From NCBI GenBank assembly GCA_002898715.1, contig BEIA01000003.1, positions 1 to 48,528 of the forward strand: a stretch of DNA of 48,528 bases, in the 5' to 3' direction. Each line of letters starts with the position of its first letter. Within the stretch, counting starts at the first letter, position 1. Of this stretch, positions 1 through 8,533 are shown piece after piece. The stretch comes from a bacterium HR24. Lineage in GTDB: Bacteria > Chloroflexota > Dehalococcoidia > SM23-28-2 > HRBIN24. Below the pieces are notes generated by a model. The model had not been told where the DNA came from and searched no databases. It was given only the letters and a program-made list of their open reading frames with translations. The position numbers and the translations under genes are program-made.

Positions 1-183
1 GCCTGTGCCGCCGATGGCCTGGGGAACCTGTACCGCCTGCAGGTGAACAGCGTGGCCGAGTCCATGCCCCTGGTGCTCTCCCGTCTGGCCGAGCTGGGCA
101 TGGAGCTGGTGGACCTGTCGGTGGAGAGGGCCACGCTGGAAGACGTGTTCCTGGCACTCACCGGCAAGGAGCTGCGCGACTGA
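1..183 (+). CDS. ABC transporter ATP-binding protein, C-terminal fragment (5' truncated by window)
   Basis: Frame 1 reads ...DLSVERATLEDVFLALTGKELRD*, the typical C-terminus of ABC-2 exporter ATPases. The stop overlaps the next start (TGATG). Confidence 0.85.
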   Translation, partial: ACAADGLGNLYRLQVNSVAESMPLVLSRLAELGMELVDLSVERATLEDVFLALTGKELRD

Positions 184-1238
184 TGTTGCTCAAGCTCATC
201 GTCGCCGACCTGAAGATGATGTTCCGCGACCGGGTGAGCCTCTTCTGGGCCCTCGCCTTCCCGGTGATGTTCATGGGCGTCTTCGCTCTGTTCAACCTGG
301 ACGAGCCGCCACGCGTCGACCTGGCGGTGGTGGAGCAGACGCCTGGCCCCCTGGGCCAGCCACTGCGACAGGCCCTCTCCCGAATGGAGCTCTTCGAGAC
401 CAAAGACGAGCCCAGCGAGGCCGAGGCCCTGCGCAAGCTGCGCAATGGCGACTACGACGTGGTGCTGGTCCTGCCGGGGCCGGCGGGCGAACAGCGGGCG
501 CAGGCCTACTACAACGTGGCCAATATGCAGCTCAACCAGATGGCGCTGAGCGCCCTGGAGCGGTTCTTCGATGAGTTCAACCTGCAGGCGTCAGGCGTGC
601 AGCCGGTGGTGCGCCTGGAGCAACAGGCTGTTTCCGGCCGCGATGTCGGCTATATGGACTTCCTGGTCCCGGGCATCCTGGGCATGGGACTGATGCAGTA
701 CGCCATCATCGGCATGGCGACGGTACTGGTGGGCTACCGGGCCAAACGCATCCTGAGACGGATCCAGACCACCCCCTTGCCCGTGTCACGGTTCGTGCTG
801 GCCCAGGTAGCCGCGTTCTTGGTCCTGTCGCTCCTGCAGACGTCGGTCATCCTGGGGGCGGGACGGCTGGTGGGGGCGGACATACCGGGGACTTTCTTCT
901 GGGCCTTCCCCCTGGCCCTGCTCGGCAATTTCGTCTTCCTCAACATAGGTATAGTGGTGGCAGGCCTTACGTCCACGGAGCCGGCTGCGGCAGGCATGGG
1001 CAACGCCATCGGCCTGCCCCTCATGTTCCTGTCCGGCGTTTTCTTCCCCACCGACCAGCTGCCGCCCTTCCTCGCCAAGGCGGTCTCCTTCCTGCCGCTG
1101 GCGCCGCTGCTGGAAGCGCTGCGGGCCGTGCTGCTGGACGGCGAGCCCGTGCTGACAGCCTGGCGCGAGGTCCTGCTAGTGGGCGTGTGGGCCCTGGTCA
1201 GCCTCGCGCTCGCCGTCAGGACTTTTCGGCTGGAGTGA
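183..1238 (+). CDS. ABC-2 type exporter permease
   Basis: N-terminal TM, extracytoplasmic loop, DFLVPGILGM and FLSGVFFP motifs, several C-terminal TM helices. Confidence 0.9.
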   Translation: MLLKLIVADLKMMFRDRVSLFWALAFPVMFMGVFALFNLDEPPRVDLAVVEQTPGPLGQPLRQALSRMELFETKDEPSEAEALRKLRNGDYDVVLVLPGPAGEQRAQAYYNVANMQLNQMALSALERFFDEFNLQASGVQPVVRLEQQAVSGRDVGYMDFLVPGILGMGLMQYAIIGMATVLVGYRAKRILRRIQTTPLPVSRFVLAQVAAFLVLSLLQTSVILGAGRLVGADIPGTFFWAFPLALLGNFVFLNIGIVVAGLTSTEPAAAGMGNAIGLPLMFLSGVFFPTDQLPPFLAKAVSFLPLAPLLEALRAVLLDGEPVLTAWREVLLVGVWALVSLALAVRTFRLE

Positions 1239-1250
1239 GCGCAGCGGGCC

Positions 1251-2525
1251 TCAGCGGCTGGGCGAGCCCGATACCGGGCCCGGAGTCAGCGCTCTCAGGG
1301 TGCCATCGGCCTGGACTTCAACGGGCTGCAGCGCCTCGATGGAGAAGGGATCGCGGGGGCCGAGGGTCACCGTAATGCCGGGCCACAACGTGGACGGATG
1401 GAAATCGCTGATGGTGCGGGCGGCCCGCAGCACCCCCTCGCGCGTCATGTCGCCCTGCTGGCAGGCGCGCCGCAGCGCCTCCATGGTCAGCTCGGCAGCC
1501 GCGGCGATGAAGATGGTCGGCGGCTGGACGGGAGGCGCTCCGTAGCGGGCGCTGAGGTCGGCGAGGCTTTGCAGTTCGGGCGTGTTGCGGTGCATGGTCG
1601 GCTCTAGGGTGTACACGTTCAGGATAGCCCCCGCCAGTTGCCGGTACCCCACCTCCGGGTTGCCATCGCCCACGAGCCTGGCCAGGACCGAAGGGGTATT
1701 GGGGCTGGACATGACCACCTGCGGTCGCCAGCCGCTGCCGGCCATATACCGGAAGACCTGGGCAGTGAAGGTGGGCGAGGCAGTCAGCGCCACCAACACG
1801 TCGGGGGCGGCTGCACGCAGGTTAGCGAGCTGCGAGGTCAGCTCCGGGGCGGTGGCCTCGTAGGACTGCTCAGCGACTATACGCCCCTGGAACGTGGCCT
1901 TGAACCCGTCCAGCGCATCGCGGCCCGAGTCGTCGTTCTGGTAGAGGATGCCCACTGTCCGCCCGGGGAAACGCTCGTTGACCAGGCGCGCCATGATGCG
2001 GGCGTCAGCGGCGAACGTGGGCGTGAAAGTGATGGTGTAAGGGTAACGGTCCGGGTCGAGGGCGCGCTCTATCCCCAGGGTGACGAAGAGCTGGGGCACC
2101 CGCCGCTGGTTCATGTACTCCAGAGTGGAAACGATGGCCACGCTCCCCAGGTCGCCCATGGTGGCCAGCACCTGGTCGGCCTCCACCAGCTTTATGCTGT
2201 CCTGCATGGCCTTAGCCGGGCTGTTCTGGTGGTCCTCGACGATAAGGCGGAGGCTGCGGCCGCAGATGCCGCCTTCGTCGTTGACCTTGCGCACGTAGGC
2301 TTCGAGAAAATACGCGCTGGGGGCGAACACGGCCTGAGCGCCTGTGAGGGCGTTGCGGTGACCCAGCCGTATCTCCGAGTCGGTGACCCCGTAATCGGCC
2401 CTGACCGCTCGCCAGCCGGGTGGGCGGGCCGCGCCCGGGGTCTCCGTGGCTGGAGAGCGGGCGGCCCCTCCGCACGCTGCTAGAGCCAGGGCCAGGACGA
2501 CCAGCGCTGCGCTCCATTTCCTCAC
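1251..2525 (-). CDS. ABC substrate-binding lipoprotein (branched-chain amino acid/LivJ-like family)
   Basis: Lipobox LALAAC; GVTDSEIRLG, VNDEGGICGR and ILYQNDDSG motifs; close paralog of 39197..40474. Confidence 0.85.
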   Translation of the reverse strand: MRKWSAALVVLALALAACGGAARSPATETPGAARPPGWRAVRADYGVTDSEIRLGHRNALTGAQAVFAPSAYFLEAYVRKVNDEGGICGRSLRLIVEDHQNSPAKAMQDSIKLVEADQVLATMGDLGSVAIVSTLEYMNQRRVPQLFVTLGIERALDPDRYPYTITFTPTFAADARIMARLVNERFPGRTVGILYQNDDSGRDALDGFKATFQGRIVAEQSYEATAPELTSQLANLRAAAPDVLVALTASPTFTAQVFRYMAGSGWRPQVVMSSPNTPSVLARLVGDGNPEVGYRQLAGAILNVYTLEPTMHRNTPELQSLADLSARYGAPPVQPPTIFIAAAAELTMEALRRACQQGDMTREGVLRAARTISDFHPSTLWPGITVTLGPRDPFSIEALQPVEVQADGTLRALTPGPVSGSPSR

Positions 2526-2535
2526 AGGCGTTACC

Positions 2536-3117
2536 TCACAGATGCAGTCTGACCACGTGCCGCCGGCTGCCGGCGGTGCCGACCTCCCGCAAGCCGGCCG
2601 CTAAGAAGGTGGGCAGGAAGCCCATGAAGCGGTAGCTAGGGGAGTCGGGGTCAACGGGGTAAGCCTCCACCACTCGGGCGCCCCTGGCACGGGCATGTTC
2701 CACGGCCGCCTCGAGCAGCCGACGGGTGATGCCCTGTCCCCTGAGCCGCCTGACGACGAAGAAGCACACCAGCGACCATACGCCCTCGTCCGGCCCTGGG
2801 TCGTCGGTCAGGCGGCGGTAGGTGGAGCGGGGAGCGATGGAGCACCAGGCGACAGGCTCGCCGTCCAGGTAGCCCAGGATGCCCACGGGGACGCCGGCGG
2901 CTACCCGCCGGGCCATGGCCGCTTTGCGGCTGGCACCGTCCCGACGGCGTGTCTCTTCGCCCCGGGCGCGCCAGGCCATGCACCAGCATGCCTTGGGGCC
3001 GCCCCGGGACTCGAACAGGCGCTTCATGTCGGGCCAGCGTTCGGCGTCCACCTCGTGGAAGGCCAGGCGCTCGGCGGCCCCCGCGGCCCTGTCTGGCGGG
3101 CCCTCGCCCTTCCCCAT
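2536..3117 (-). CDS. GNAT family N-acetyltransferase
   Basis: Acetyl-CoA motif VRRLRGQGITRRLL, CWC, VEAYP. ATG at 3117 follows a GAGGAGG RBS. Confidence 0.85.
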   Translation of the reverse strand: MGKGEGPPDRAAGAAERLAFHEVDAERWPDMKRLFESRGGPKACWCMAWRARGEETRRRDGASRKAAMARRVAAGVPVGILGYLDGEPVAWCSIAPRSTYRRLTDDPGPDEGVWSLVCFFVVRRLRGQGITRRLLEAAVEHARARGARVVEAYPVDPDSPSYRFMGFLPTFLAAGLREVGTAGSRRHVVRLHL

Positions 3118-3238
3118 GTGTCCTCCTCGCAACGAGGCGGTCATTCCAGGCTACTACACCGAGGCTGCCCGAAAAAGCTTGCCCGTAGCCCGCCCGAGGC
3201 CCGGCGCGGCGATGGGGCAGATTTCTTGTCGTATCTCG

Positions 3239-3267
3239 TTGACACAGGGCGGGGGCCATGGTAGCAT
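3239..3267 (+). promoter_or_regulatory. sigma70-type promoter for the riboswitch-controlled operon
   Basis: TTGACA (3239-3244), 17-nt spacer, TG-n-TAGCAT (-10 at 3262-3267), just upstream of the SAM riboswitch. Confidence 0.75.
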
Positions 3268-3290
3268 ACGCACTCGACAACAGAATATGG

Positions 3291-3425
3291 CCCCTCTTAT
3301 CCAGAGTGGTGGAGGGAACGGCCCGGTGAAGCCCGGCAACCGGCCGGGGCCTGCCTGAGCAGCGAGCGAGGCCCCTGCAGCGGTGCCAACGCCGTCCCCG
3401 CCTCCGGCGGGGGACGATAAGGGGG
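3291..3425 (+). ncRNA. SAM-I (S-box) riboswitch aptamer
   Basis: CTCTTATCCAGAG..GGAGGGAACGGCCC..GAAGCCCGGCAACC..GGTGCCAA..GATAAGGG. P1 pairs CTCTTATC/GATAAGGG, P4 is CCCCGCC/GGCGGGG, and L2 ACGG can pair with J3/4 CCGT (pseudoknot). Confidence 0.95.
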
Positions 3426-3440
3426 AGAAAAGGCGAAGCA

Positions 3441-3475
3441 AGGCCTCTTCTCGACACCGGAAGGGGCTTTTATTT
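3441..3475 (+). terminator. Intrinsic terminator, riboswitch expression platform
   Basis: Stem AGGCCTCTTC/GAAGGGGCTT followed by TTATTT, directly after the aptamer. Confidence 0.8.
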
Positions 3476-3571
3476 AGCCAGGCGGAGGCAGAGCAGGGGC
3501 GAGGGACGCAGAGGCCAGGCCACAGCCGGCGGGCGGTCGGGCCCGCCATTTCCGGCAGGAGGTCTGGTGCC

Positions 3572-4822
3572 ATGTCCTTCGCGAAGAACCTGCGCTGTCG
3601 AGAGTGCGGGCGACTCTACCCGCTCGACCCCATCTACGTCTGCGAGTTCTGCTTCGGGCCCCTGGAGGTCATGTACGACTACGAGGGGCTGAGACGGCAC
3701 CTCACCCGCGAGCGCATCGAGCAGGGGCCACTGACTATCTGGCGCTACGCCGACCTCCTGCCTGCCCAGGGCGAACCGGTGGATATCGGCGCCGGCTTCA
3801 CCCCCCTGCTGGAGGCCCGCAACCTGGGCCGTGCCCTGGGGCTGCGCCGCCTTTACCTGAAGAACGACTGCGTGAACCCCACCTGGTCGTTCAAGGACAG
3901 GGTGGTGTCGGTGGCGGCTACCAAGTCTCGCGAGTTCGGCTTCGACACCCTGGCCTGCGCCTCCACTGGCAACCTGGCCAACTCGGTGGCCGCCCATGCC
4001 GCCCGGGCCGGGCTGCGCGCCCTGGTCTTCGTTCCCGCCGACCTGGAGGTAGGCAAGATGCTGGGCTCGGCGGTGTACGGCCCGGTGCTGGTGGCCGTGC
4101 GCGGCTCCTATGACGACGTGAACCGCCTCTGCAGCGAGCTGGCCGAGAAGTACCGCTGGGCGTTCGTCAACATCAACGTCCGGCCCTACTACGCCGAGGG
4201 CTCCAAGACCCTGGGCTACGAGGTGTGCGAGCAGCTAGGCTGGCGCGTGCCCGACCACTGCATCGTCCCCGCTGCCAGCGGCTCCCTCTTCACCAAGATC
4301 TACAAAGGCATCAAAGAGCTGGCCTGGCTAGGCCTGGTAGAGTGGCGACAGCCGCGCATGAGCGTTGCCCAGGCCCTGGGCTGCTCCCCTATCATCGAGG
4401 CCTGGGAGCGCAACAGTTTCGACATCCGCCCCCAGCGGCCCCGTACCATCGCCAAGTCTCTGGCCATCGGCAATCCGGCTGACGGCTATTATGCCCTCAA
4501 GGTGCTGGCAGAGACGGGCGGCTACGGCGTGGCCGTCAGCGACGAGGAAGTGGTGGAAGGGATGAAACTGCTGGCTGAGACAGAGGGCATCTTCGCCGAG
4601 ACAGCCGGCGGCGTGGTGGTGGCGGCCCTGCGCCGTCTCGTCCAGCAAGGGCGTATCGACCCGGACGAGACTGTGGTAGCCTTCATTACAGGGGCAGGAC
4701 TGAAGACGGCCGAGGCGGTCCAGGATGCCCTCAACGAGCCGGTGCTGGTGGAGCCCAGCATCGCCTCGTTCGAGGAGGCGATGGCCCAGCGGAGCGGCGC
4801 CCTGCCCACTGCCCGGGGATAG
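3572..4822 (+). CDS. thrC: Threonine synthase-family PLP enzyme; probably a MetM-like O-phosphohomoserine sulfhydrylase
   Basis: N-terminal CxxC..CxxC, PLP lysine in NPTWSFKDR, CASTGNLANS, EGSKT, ITGAGLKT. ATG 3572 follows CAGGAGG. The family call is firm; function is inferred from the riboswitch and the adjacent sulfur carrier. Confidence 0.85.
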   Translation: MSFAKNLRCRECGRLYPLDPIYVCEFCFGPLEVMYDYEGLRRHLTRERIEQGPLTIWRYADLLPAQGEPVDIGAGFTPLLEARNLGRALGLRRLYLKNDCVNPTWSFKDRVVSVAATKSREFGFDTLACASTGNLANSVAAHAARAGLRALVFVPADLEVGKMLGSAVYGPVLVAVRGSYDDVNRLCSELAEKYRWAFVNINVRPYYAEGSKTLGYEVCEQLGWRVPDHCIVPAASGSLFTKIYKGIKELAWLGLVEWRQPRMSVAQALGCSPIIEAWERNSFDIRPQRPRTIAKSLAIGNPADGYYALKVLAETGGYGVAVSDEEVVEGMKLLAETEGIFAETAGGVVVAALRRLVQQGRIDPDETVVAFITGAGLKTAEAVQDALNEPVLVEPSIASFEEAMAQRSGALPTARG

Positions 4823-4831
4823 GAGTCGGCT

Positions 4832-5074
4832 GTGGCCAGGCAACGAGTCAAGTTCACTTTCCCGCCCGACCTGATCCAGGAGCCCATTATCTGGCGGCTG
4901 GGCCGGCACTTCGACCTGGTGACCAATATCCGCCGGGCCGACGTGACCGAAGACCGGGGCTGGGTAATACTGGAGCTGGAAGGGGAATTGGAAGAGATCG
5001 AGCGGGGCATCCGCTGGGTCCAGGAACAGGGGGTGCGGGTGGACCCCGTCCCCGGCGACATCGTGGAGGGCTAG
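4832..5074 (+). CDS. Stand-alone NIL-domain protein
   Basis: 80 aa: VKFTFP..EPIIW..TNIRRADV..GWVILELEG, the NIL (ACT-like) pattern. Confidence 0.85.
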   Translation: MARQRVKFTFPPDLIQEPIIWRLGRHFDLVTNIRRADVTEDRGWVILELEGELEEIERGIRWVQEQGVRVDPVPGDIVEG

Positions 5075-5082
5075 AGGAGGAC

Positions 5083-5358
5083 ATGAGCGTCACGGTACGC
5101 ATACCTACACCGCTGCGCAGCCTCACTGGCCAGCAGGACGTGGTGGTCGGTGATGGCGGCCGCCTGATCGAGTGCATCGAGGCCCTGGATGCCCAGTACC
5201 CGGGCCTGAAGGAGAGGCTGGTGGACGAGGCGGGCCAGATACGCCGCTTCGTCAACATCTACGTCAACGGCGAGGACGTCCGCTTCCTGCAGGGCCTGGA
5301 GACGCCCCTCAAGCCGGGGGACGAGGTGAGCATCGTCCCGGCCGTCGCCGGTGGCTAG
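5083..5358 (+). CDS. MoaD/CysO-family ubiquitin-like sulfur carrier 1 (free C-terminal GG)
   Basis: IPTPLR..RFVNIYVNGEDVRFL..IVPAVAGG*; GAGGAGG RBS. Confidence 0.92.
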   Translation: MSVTVRIPTPLRSLTGQQDVVVGDGGRLIECIEALDAQYPGLKERLVDEAGQIRRFVNIYVNGEDVRFLQGLETPLKPGDEVSIVPAVAGG

Positions 5359-5616
5359 GGGCTGGCCCGCGCTCGCGGTACCCGCCCCATCTAGCCCTGG
5401 CCGCAGGTGATGATGACGCGCCAGGGGCCCCTGAATGCCCTGTTGCTGGCAGGCCGCCGATGGGCCGCTCTCTGCGGTCGGCGAGCTCGCTCCCCCCACA
5501 GTGGCGCGCCCGGACGCCGGACCGTAGCGCGTGACCGACACCGCTCCCGGCGGCGCGCGCTGAGAAGGCGTCCCTTTGCCAGGCGTTGCGTCGCTACACG
5601 AAACGCTCCCCTCGCC

Positions 5617-5669
5617 TTGTAGCTTGCGGAGACGGCATGGTATGATTGTTGAGGGAATTAGTCTACTTT
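5617..5669 (+). promoter_or_regulatory. Promoter of the Rrf2-cys operon with an overlapping IscR-type-1-like operator
   Basis: TTGTAG-N18-TATGAT with extended TG, followed by AT-rich ATTGTTGAGGGAATTAGTCTACTTT (5645-5669). Confidence 0.5.
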
Positions 5670-5688
5670 TTTGCCCAGGGCGAGCGGC

Positions 5689-6132
5689 ATGCGCATTTCT
5701 ACCAAGGGCGATTACGGCATACGGGCCCTCATCGAGCTGGCCCACCACTACGGCGAGGGGCGGCCCATCCAGAGCAGCGAGATAGCAGCCCGGCAGCGGA
5801 TACCCGAGTCCTACCTGGAGCAGCTCCTCGCTACCCTGCGCCGGGCCGGCCTCATTCGCTCCATCCGGGGGCCCGCGGGCGGTCACTCACTGGTCCGCCA
5901 CCCCGACGAGATCCGGGTGAGCGAGGTTGTGCAGGCCCTGGAGGGCAGGATCATGCCCATCGAGTGTCTGGACGACTCGTCGGAGTGTAGCCGCAGTGGC
6001 GGCTGTGCCCAGCGGGAGATGTGGGAACGGGTCCAGCAGGCCATTCTGGATGTGCTGGAAGGCACCACTATCGGCGAGCTGGCGGCCAAGGACAGGCAGC
6101 GGGCAGTGAGGGCAGACCGGTATGTCATCTGA
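5689..6132 (+). CDS. Rrf2-family transcriptional regulator (IscR/CymR-like)
   Basis: [28 protein letters not shown]; three Cys spaced C-x6-C-x5-C. Confidence 0.92.
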   Translation: MRISTKGDYGIRALIELAHHYGEGRPIQSSEIAARQRIPESYLEQLLATLRRAGLIRSIRGPAGGHSLVRHPDEIRVSEVVQALEGRIMPIECLDDSSECSRSGGCAQREMWERVQQAILDVLEGTTIGELAAKDRQRAVRADRYVI

Positions 6133-6142
6133 GGTACGGGCC

Positions 6143-7063
6143 ATGGCCAGGCGAGGCCGCATTGCCGACAGCGTCCTGGACCTCATCGGCGATACGCCCA
6201 TGGTGCGTCTGCGGCGTGTGGTGCCGGACGGCGCGGCCGAAGTCCTGGCCAAGCTGGAGTCCCTCAACCCTGCTGGCTCGGTCAAGGACCGCATCGCCCT
6301 GGCCATGATCGAGGACGCCGAGCGGCGTGGGCTCCTCAAGCCCGGGGACACCATCGTGGAGCCTACCAGCGGCAACACCGGCATCGGCCTGGCCATGGTG
6401 GCCGCGGTCAAAGGCTACCGCCTCATCGTTACCATGCCCGAGGACATGAGCCTGGCCCGCCGCGACCTGCTGGCCCGCTTCGGGGCGGAGGTGGTGCTCA
6501 CGCCCGCCATCGAGGGCATGACCGGCGCCGTCTATGCTGCCGAGGAGCTGGTGCGCAACAACCCTGGCTATTTCATGCCCCAGCAGTTCGAGAACCCCGC
6601 CAACCCGGAGGTCCATCGCCGCACTACTGCCCTGGAGATCCTGGAGGCCACCGGCGGACGCCTGGACGCCTTCGTCGCCGGGGTCGGCACCGGGGGCACC
6701 ATCACCGGCGTGGGCGAGGTGCTCAAGGAACACGACCCGAGCATACAGGTGATAGCGGTAGAGCCCTCCCGCTCGCCGGTACTGCAGGGCGGGCGGCCGG
6801 GCCTGCACGGCATCCAGGGCATCGGCGCCAGCTTCGTGCCCGGGGTGCTCAACCGGCGCATCATCGACCGGGTGATAGGTGTGAGCGACGAGGAGGCCAT
6901 GGCCATGGCCCGCCGACTGGCTCGGGAGGAGGGGCTGCTGGTGGGCATTTCGGCCGGGGCCAACGTGGTGGCGGCCATAAAGGTGGCGCGGCGTCTCGGG
7001 AAGGGGAAGCGGGTGGTCACCGTCCTGCCCGATACGGGCGAGCGTTACAGCTTTACGGAGTGA
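6143..7063 (+). CDS. cysK: Cysteine synthase A (O-acetylserine sulfhydrylase)
   Basis: [47 protein letters not shown]. Confidence 0.92.
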   Translation: MARRGRIADSVLDLIGDTPMVRLRRVVPDGAAEVLAKLESLNPAGSVKDRIALAMIEDAERRGLLKPGDTIVEPTSGNTGIGLAMVAAVKGYRLIVTMPEDMSLARRDLLARFGAEVVLTPAIEGMTGAVYAAEELVRNNPGYFMPQQFENPANPEVHRRTTALEILEATGGRLDAFVAGVGTGGTITGVGEVLKEHDPSIQVIAVEPSRSPVLQGGRPGLHGIQGIGASFVPGVLNRRIIDRVIGVSDEEAMAMARRLAREEGLLVGISAGANVVAAIKVARRLGKGKRVVTVLPDTGERYSFTE

Positions 7064-7079
7064 CAGGAGGAGAGGAGTC

Positions 7080-8171
7080 TTGGCGGTGAACGTCTACATA
7101 CCGACGCCGTTCCGCAAGCTGGCGGGGAACCAGGCCTACGTGCAGGCCGAGGGCCAGACGGTGCAGGAGGTGCTGGAGCACCTGGCCCGGCGCTACCCGG
7201 GCCTGGCCACCATGGTCTTCGATCAGGATCGGCGCATCCAAGCCCACATCAACGTCTACCTGAACAGCCAGGAGATCCACAGCCTGCAGGGGCCCGATAC
7301 GCCGGTGCGCGATGGCGACGAGGTGGCCGTAATCCCTGCCCTGGCGGGCGGACAGGTGCTCACGCCGGAGCAGGTCATGCGCTATTCGCGGCACATCATC
7401 ATGCCCCAGGTGGGGCCAGTGGGCCAGCGCAAGCTCATGGCCGCCAGGGTGTTGGTGGTGGGCGCGGGTGGCCTGGGCGGGCCGGCCGCCCTGTACCTGG
7501 CGCTGGCCGGGGTCGGGACCATCGGCATAGTCGATTTCGACGTGGTGGACCTGTCCAACCTGCAGCGGCAGGTCCTGCACCAGAACGACGACGTGGGCAA
7601 GCCCAAGACCCAGTCGGCCAAGGAGACGCTCCTCGCCTACAACCCGGACGTGAACGTGGTGCTGCACGAGGCGCCCCTCACGTCCGACAACGCCATGGAC
7701 ATCATCCCCCAGTACGACATCGTCATAAACGGGGCCGACAACTTCACTACCCGCTACCTGGTCAACGATGCCTGTTACTTCGCCCGCAAGCCGCTGGTAG
7801 ATGCTGCTATCCTGATGTTCGATGCCCAGCTGACGGTGTTCGTGCCCGGACAGGGCTGCTACCGCTGCCTGTTTCCTTCGCCGCCGCCGCCCGGCGCGGT
7901 GCCCAACTGCGCCGAGGCAGGGGTGCTGGGGGCGCTGACCGGTGTCATAGGCTCGCTGCAGGCCATCGAGGCCATGAAGCTCATCCTGGGCATCGGCGAG
8001 CCCATGGTGGGCAGGCTGCTGCTCTACGATGCCCTCTCGGGGGAGTTCCGGGTGGTGAAGGTGCGGCGGGACCCCAAGTGCCCGCTGTGCGGCGACGACC
8101 CCACCATCACCGAGCTCATCGACTACGAAGGGTTCTGCGGCGCGCCCTTCCCGGGTCGGGACGAGGCGTAG
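7080..8171 (+). CDS. moeB: Fusion of MoaD/CysO-like carrier 2 (aa 1-91) with MoeB/ThiF E1-like adenylyltransferase
   Basis: Ubl ends in ..IPALAGG at nt 7352, then RYSRH, GAGGLG, DFDVVDLSNLQRQ, CYRC, PNCAEAG, CPLC. No rhodanese domain. TTG start after AGGAGG. Confidence 0.9.
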   Translation: MAVNVYIPTPFRKLAGNQAYVQAEGQTVQEVLEHLARRYPGLATMVFDQDRRIQAHINVYLNSQEIHSLQGPDTPVRDGDEVAVIPALAGGQVLTPEQVMRYSRHIIMPQVGPVGQRKLMAARVLVVGAGGLGGPAALYLALAGVGTIGIVDFDVVDLSNLQRQVLHQNDDVGKPKTQSAKETLLAYNPDVNVVLHEAPLTSDNAMDIIPQYDIVINGADNFTTRYLVNDACYFARKPLVDAAILMFDAQLTVFVPGQGCYRCLFPSPPPPGAVPNCAEAGVLGALTGVIGSLQAIEAMKLILGIGEPMVGRLLLYDALSGEFRVVKVRRDPKCPLCGDDPTITELIDYEGFCGAPFPGRDEA

Positions 8172-8220
8172 GTATGCGCAAAATAGACAGCGCAATTATA
8201 ATGAAGTGCGGGCAGGTGCC

Positions 8221-8505
8221 ATGACGGTCGAAGTGAGGCTGACGGCCAACCTCCAGCGCCTGGCCGGGGGCCAGCGCGCGGTGCAGGTGGAGGCCCACAC
8301 GGTGGGCGAGCTCCTCGAGCGCCTGGACCATATGTACCCGGGCTTCAAGAGCAGCGTACTCGATAACGGTCAGTTGCACCGCTTCGTCAACATCTTCCTG
8401 AACGACGAGGACATACGCTTCCTGCAGCAACTGGAGACCCCCCTGAAGGACGGGGACGTGGTCTCCATCTTGCCGGCCCTGGCCGGGGGACAAAGTGGGC
8501 CCTGA
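8221..8505 (+). CDS. MoaD/CysO-family carrier 3 with masked C-terminus (GG-QSGP)
   Basis: RFVNIFLNDEDIRFL..ILPALAGGQSGP*; lies directly upstream of cysM. Confidence 0.88.
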   Translation: MTVEVRLTANLQRLAGGQRAVQVEAHTVGELLERLDHMYPGFKSSVLDNGQLHRFVNIFLNDEDIRFLQQLETPLKDGDVVSILPALAGGQSGP

Positions 8506-8533
8506 AGGAGTCGGCTCCAGGGGCGAGGGGCCC

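Noticed and set aside
3121-3238. GGGCAA on the minus strand upstream of GNAT-SBP as a third AraC site
   Set aside because: The remaining motif blocks and spacing do not match.
3383-3571. 63-aa N-terminal extension of the thrC-like ORF
   Set aside because: It overlaps the riboswitch and terminator; ATG 3572 has the RBS.
5359-5616. About 260-nt intergenic stretch as a small gene or ncRNA
   Set aside because: No convincing start, RBS or recognisable RNA motif, though an unknown RNA cannot be excluded.
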